Below are positions 62,693 to 64,000 of a stretch of 64,000 nucleotides of DNA, piece by piece. Position numbers and translations under genes: made by a program. Source of the DNA: Podarcis erhardii (lineage: Eukaryota). Under the pieces are notes generated by a model. The model was not told the origin of the DNA. It searched no databases and saw only the letters and a list, made by a program, of their open reading frames with translations. The stretch's first letter is position 1; every line of letters begins with the position of its first letter. Location: the NCBI GenBank assembly GCA_964252035.1, contig OZ176202.1; one strand, 5' to 3'.

Positions 62693-64000
62693 GGGACTTC
62701 CGGGTTAGCGCCACCGCCGAATGGCGGATTCCCTCCGAGCTCCGGAGGGAATCGGCTCAGCAGGGGTCGGGTCCTGCCGCGGCGGCGATGCGGGGACCCT
62801 AAAAAACCACAGGCGCGGAAGCCTGTGGACCTGGTGACTCGGCGGGCACCATTTGCGCCCCCCCGACCTGCGAAGGAGCCTTTTTGAAGGCTGCGGAACA
62901 GGGGACGGGGAGCGGCATGGTGCTGAGAGTCCTCTGCTTCCCCTGCTGAGTGAAGCCGCATGCCATGGACGGAGAGCGCTGACTTTTTCCTGTGTACATT
63001 CGGATTAAAAGCAACAACCCGTGAGTAATACGGAAATTGGACTTATAAAAGAAAGAATTTTTCTGAATTTGGCACGATCGGGGAAGACGCAAAGAGGAAG
63101 TCCGTCTCCCCTGCCTTGTAAACAATCTGAAGCAAGGACTAAATAATTAAGGTCGAGAGAATATCTCCTTTTTATTGGAAAACTATCAATTACACGGATT
63201 GACAGTATAAGTAATTGTGCTGGAGGATAAGAGCTAACTTTGAGAGCCAAAGTGCCCCCCCCCCGAGACCCGGGAGCGATCCACGAGAGGAGCCTGCCGA
63301 GGAGATATAGAAGACTTTGACAGCTGTCAAAGTTAGCTGTCAAAGTGGGAAAAAATAGAGAACTTTGTTTCTGATGTTTTTGCTGGTTACACTAGCTACA
63401 ATATAGTGATAAATTGTTGAAAATAAAGAAGAATTGAAACAAGTTAACTGGACTTTTGGGCTGGAAGTGAAAGGAATACTCAATAACCAGAATCCCTCTA
63501 GAGGGATTCAGGGACACTACAAGAATGGAAATAGGTCAAAAAATACTAGCTGATCTGGACGAGGTTGCTTTTCTCGTGAGAAAACTGGTAGAGCAGAGTC
63601 ATGTTTTGTCTACAGTCCAGGCAGCTGAACAAGAAAAGAAACTTGAGAAACTTGAGGAAGTGGAGAAAGAGATATTTGCTGAACAGGAGCACCAGGAAGG
63701 AGGGGCTGAAATGTTGCAGAAGGCAAAAGAGAGCCGGAGGCCTGTCAAGATGGATATAAAAGAAAAAAAGGACTGGATGATGAAAATTTGGTTTGAACTG
63801 AAGAAGGAGGAATGGAAAGATCTCCCTTTGTGGAGATCTGAAGATTTTGGGACATTGGGACCTAAAAGGATTAAGAAACAAGTTTTGAGCTCCACCTTTA
63901 AATTTGGAGGCCCGGCCGGATGGAACATGGACAATTTTGGGACAGAGCCCTTCCGAGATTTGGTGGTTAATACAAAGGACTATCAAAAAAACCAGCAGAA
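62693..64000 (+). mobile_element. Probable 5' end of a young L1-like retrotransposon, antisense to KIDINS220 and running off the window
   Basis: Abrupt switch to a CpG-rich block starting GGGACTTCCGG (ETS) and ATGGCGG (YY1-like), followed by a long A-rich sense strand with an open ORF; no RT or EN is visible, so the family is inferred. Confidence 0.55.
63525..64000 (+). CDS. Uninterrupted ORF of at least 158 aa inside the element, product unknown
   Basis: MEIGQKILADLDEVAFLVRKLVEQSHVLSTVQAAEQEKKLEKLEEVEKEIFAEQE...KDWMMKIWFELKKEEWKDLPLWRSEDF...; no stop before the window end, so it is absent from the ORF track. Confidence 0.5.
   Translation, partial: MEIGQKILADLDEVAFLVRKLVEQSHVLSTVQAAEQEKKLEKLEEVEKEIFAEQEHQEGGAEMLQKAKESRRPVKMDIKEKKDWMMKIWFELKKEEWKDLPLWRSEDFGTLGPKRIKKQVLSSTFKFGGPAGWNMDNFGTEPFRDLVVNTKDYQKNQQ

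Noticed and set aside
1-64000. CRISPR arrays, rRNA or true tRNA genes
   Set aside because: None seen; tRNA-like boxes occur only in SINE heads.

Overview
Vertebrate genomic DNA, most likely from a lacertid lizard (inferred from a full Sauria SINE and lacertid-type MITEs). It holds two convergent genes. ID2 (+) is complete: CpG island, CCAAT/TATA promoter, CDS 338-685 + 1713-1769 (134 aa), non-coding exon 3 and AATAAA at 3007. KIDINS220/ARMS (-) has 28 confidently mapped coding exons from 61711 down to the stop at 15920 (about 1,740 codons, ending in the PDZ motif ESIL); its ATG exon was not found and must lie beyond 64000. All exon boundaries were read by hand and give GT-AG junctions with a continuous frame. 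Introns carry Tigger/pogo-like and hAT MITEs, SINEs, and L2, CR1 and Rex1/Babar fragments. The most interesting observations are: a minimal hammerhead ribozyme inside a near-perfect palindrome with ~85-bp arms (Penelope-type); an L1-like 5' end with three perfect palindromes and an unrecognised open ORF of at least 158 aa; several candidate extra KIDINS220 exons (93-nt in-frame cassette, alternative terminal exon, poison exons); and a natural Tyr-to-Phe change at the YSQP CrkL docking site. No searches were run. Family assignments rest on remembered consensus sequences, and repeat boundaries are approximate.
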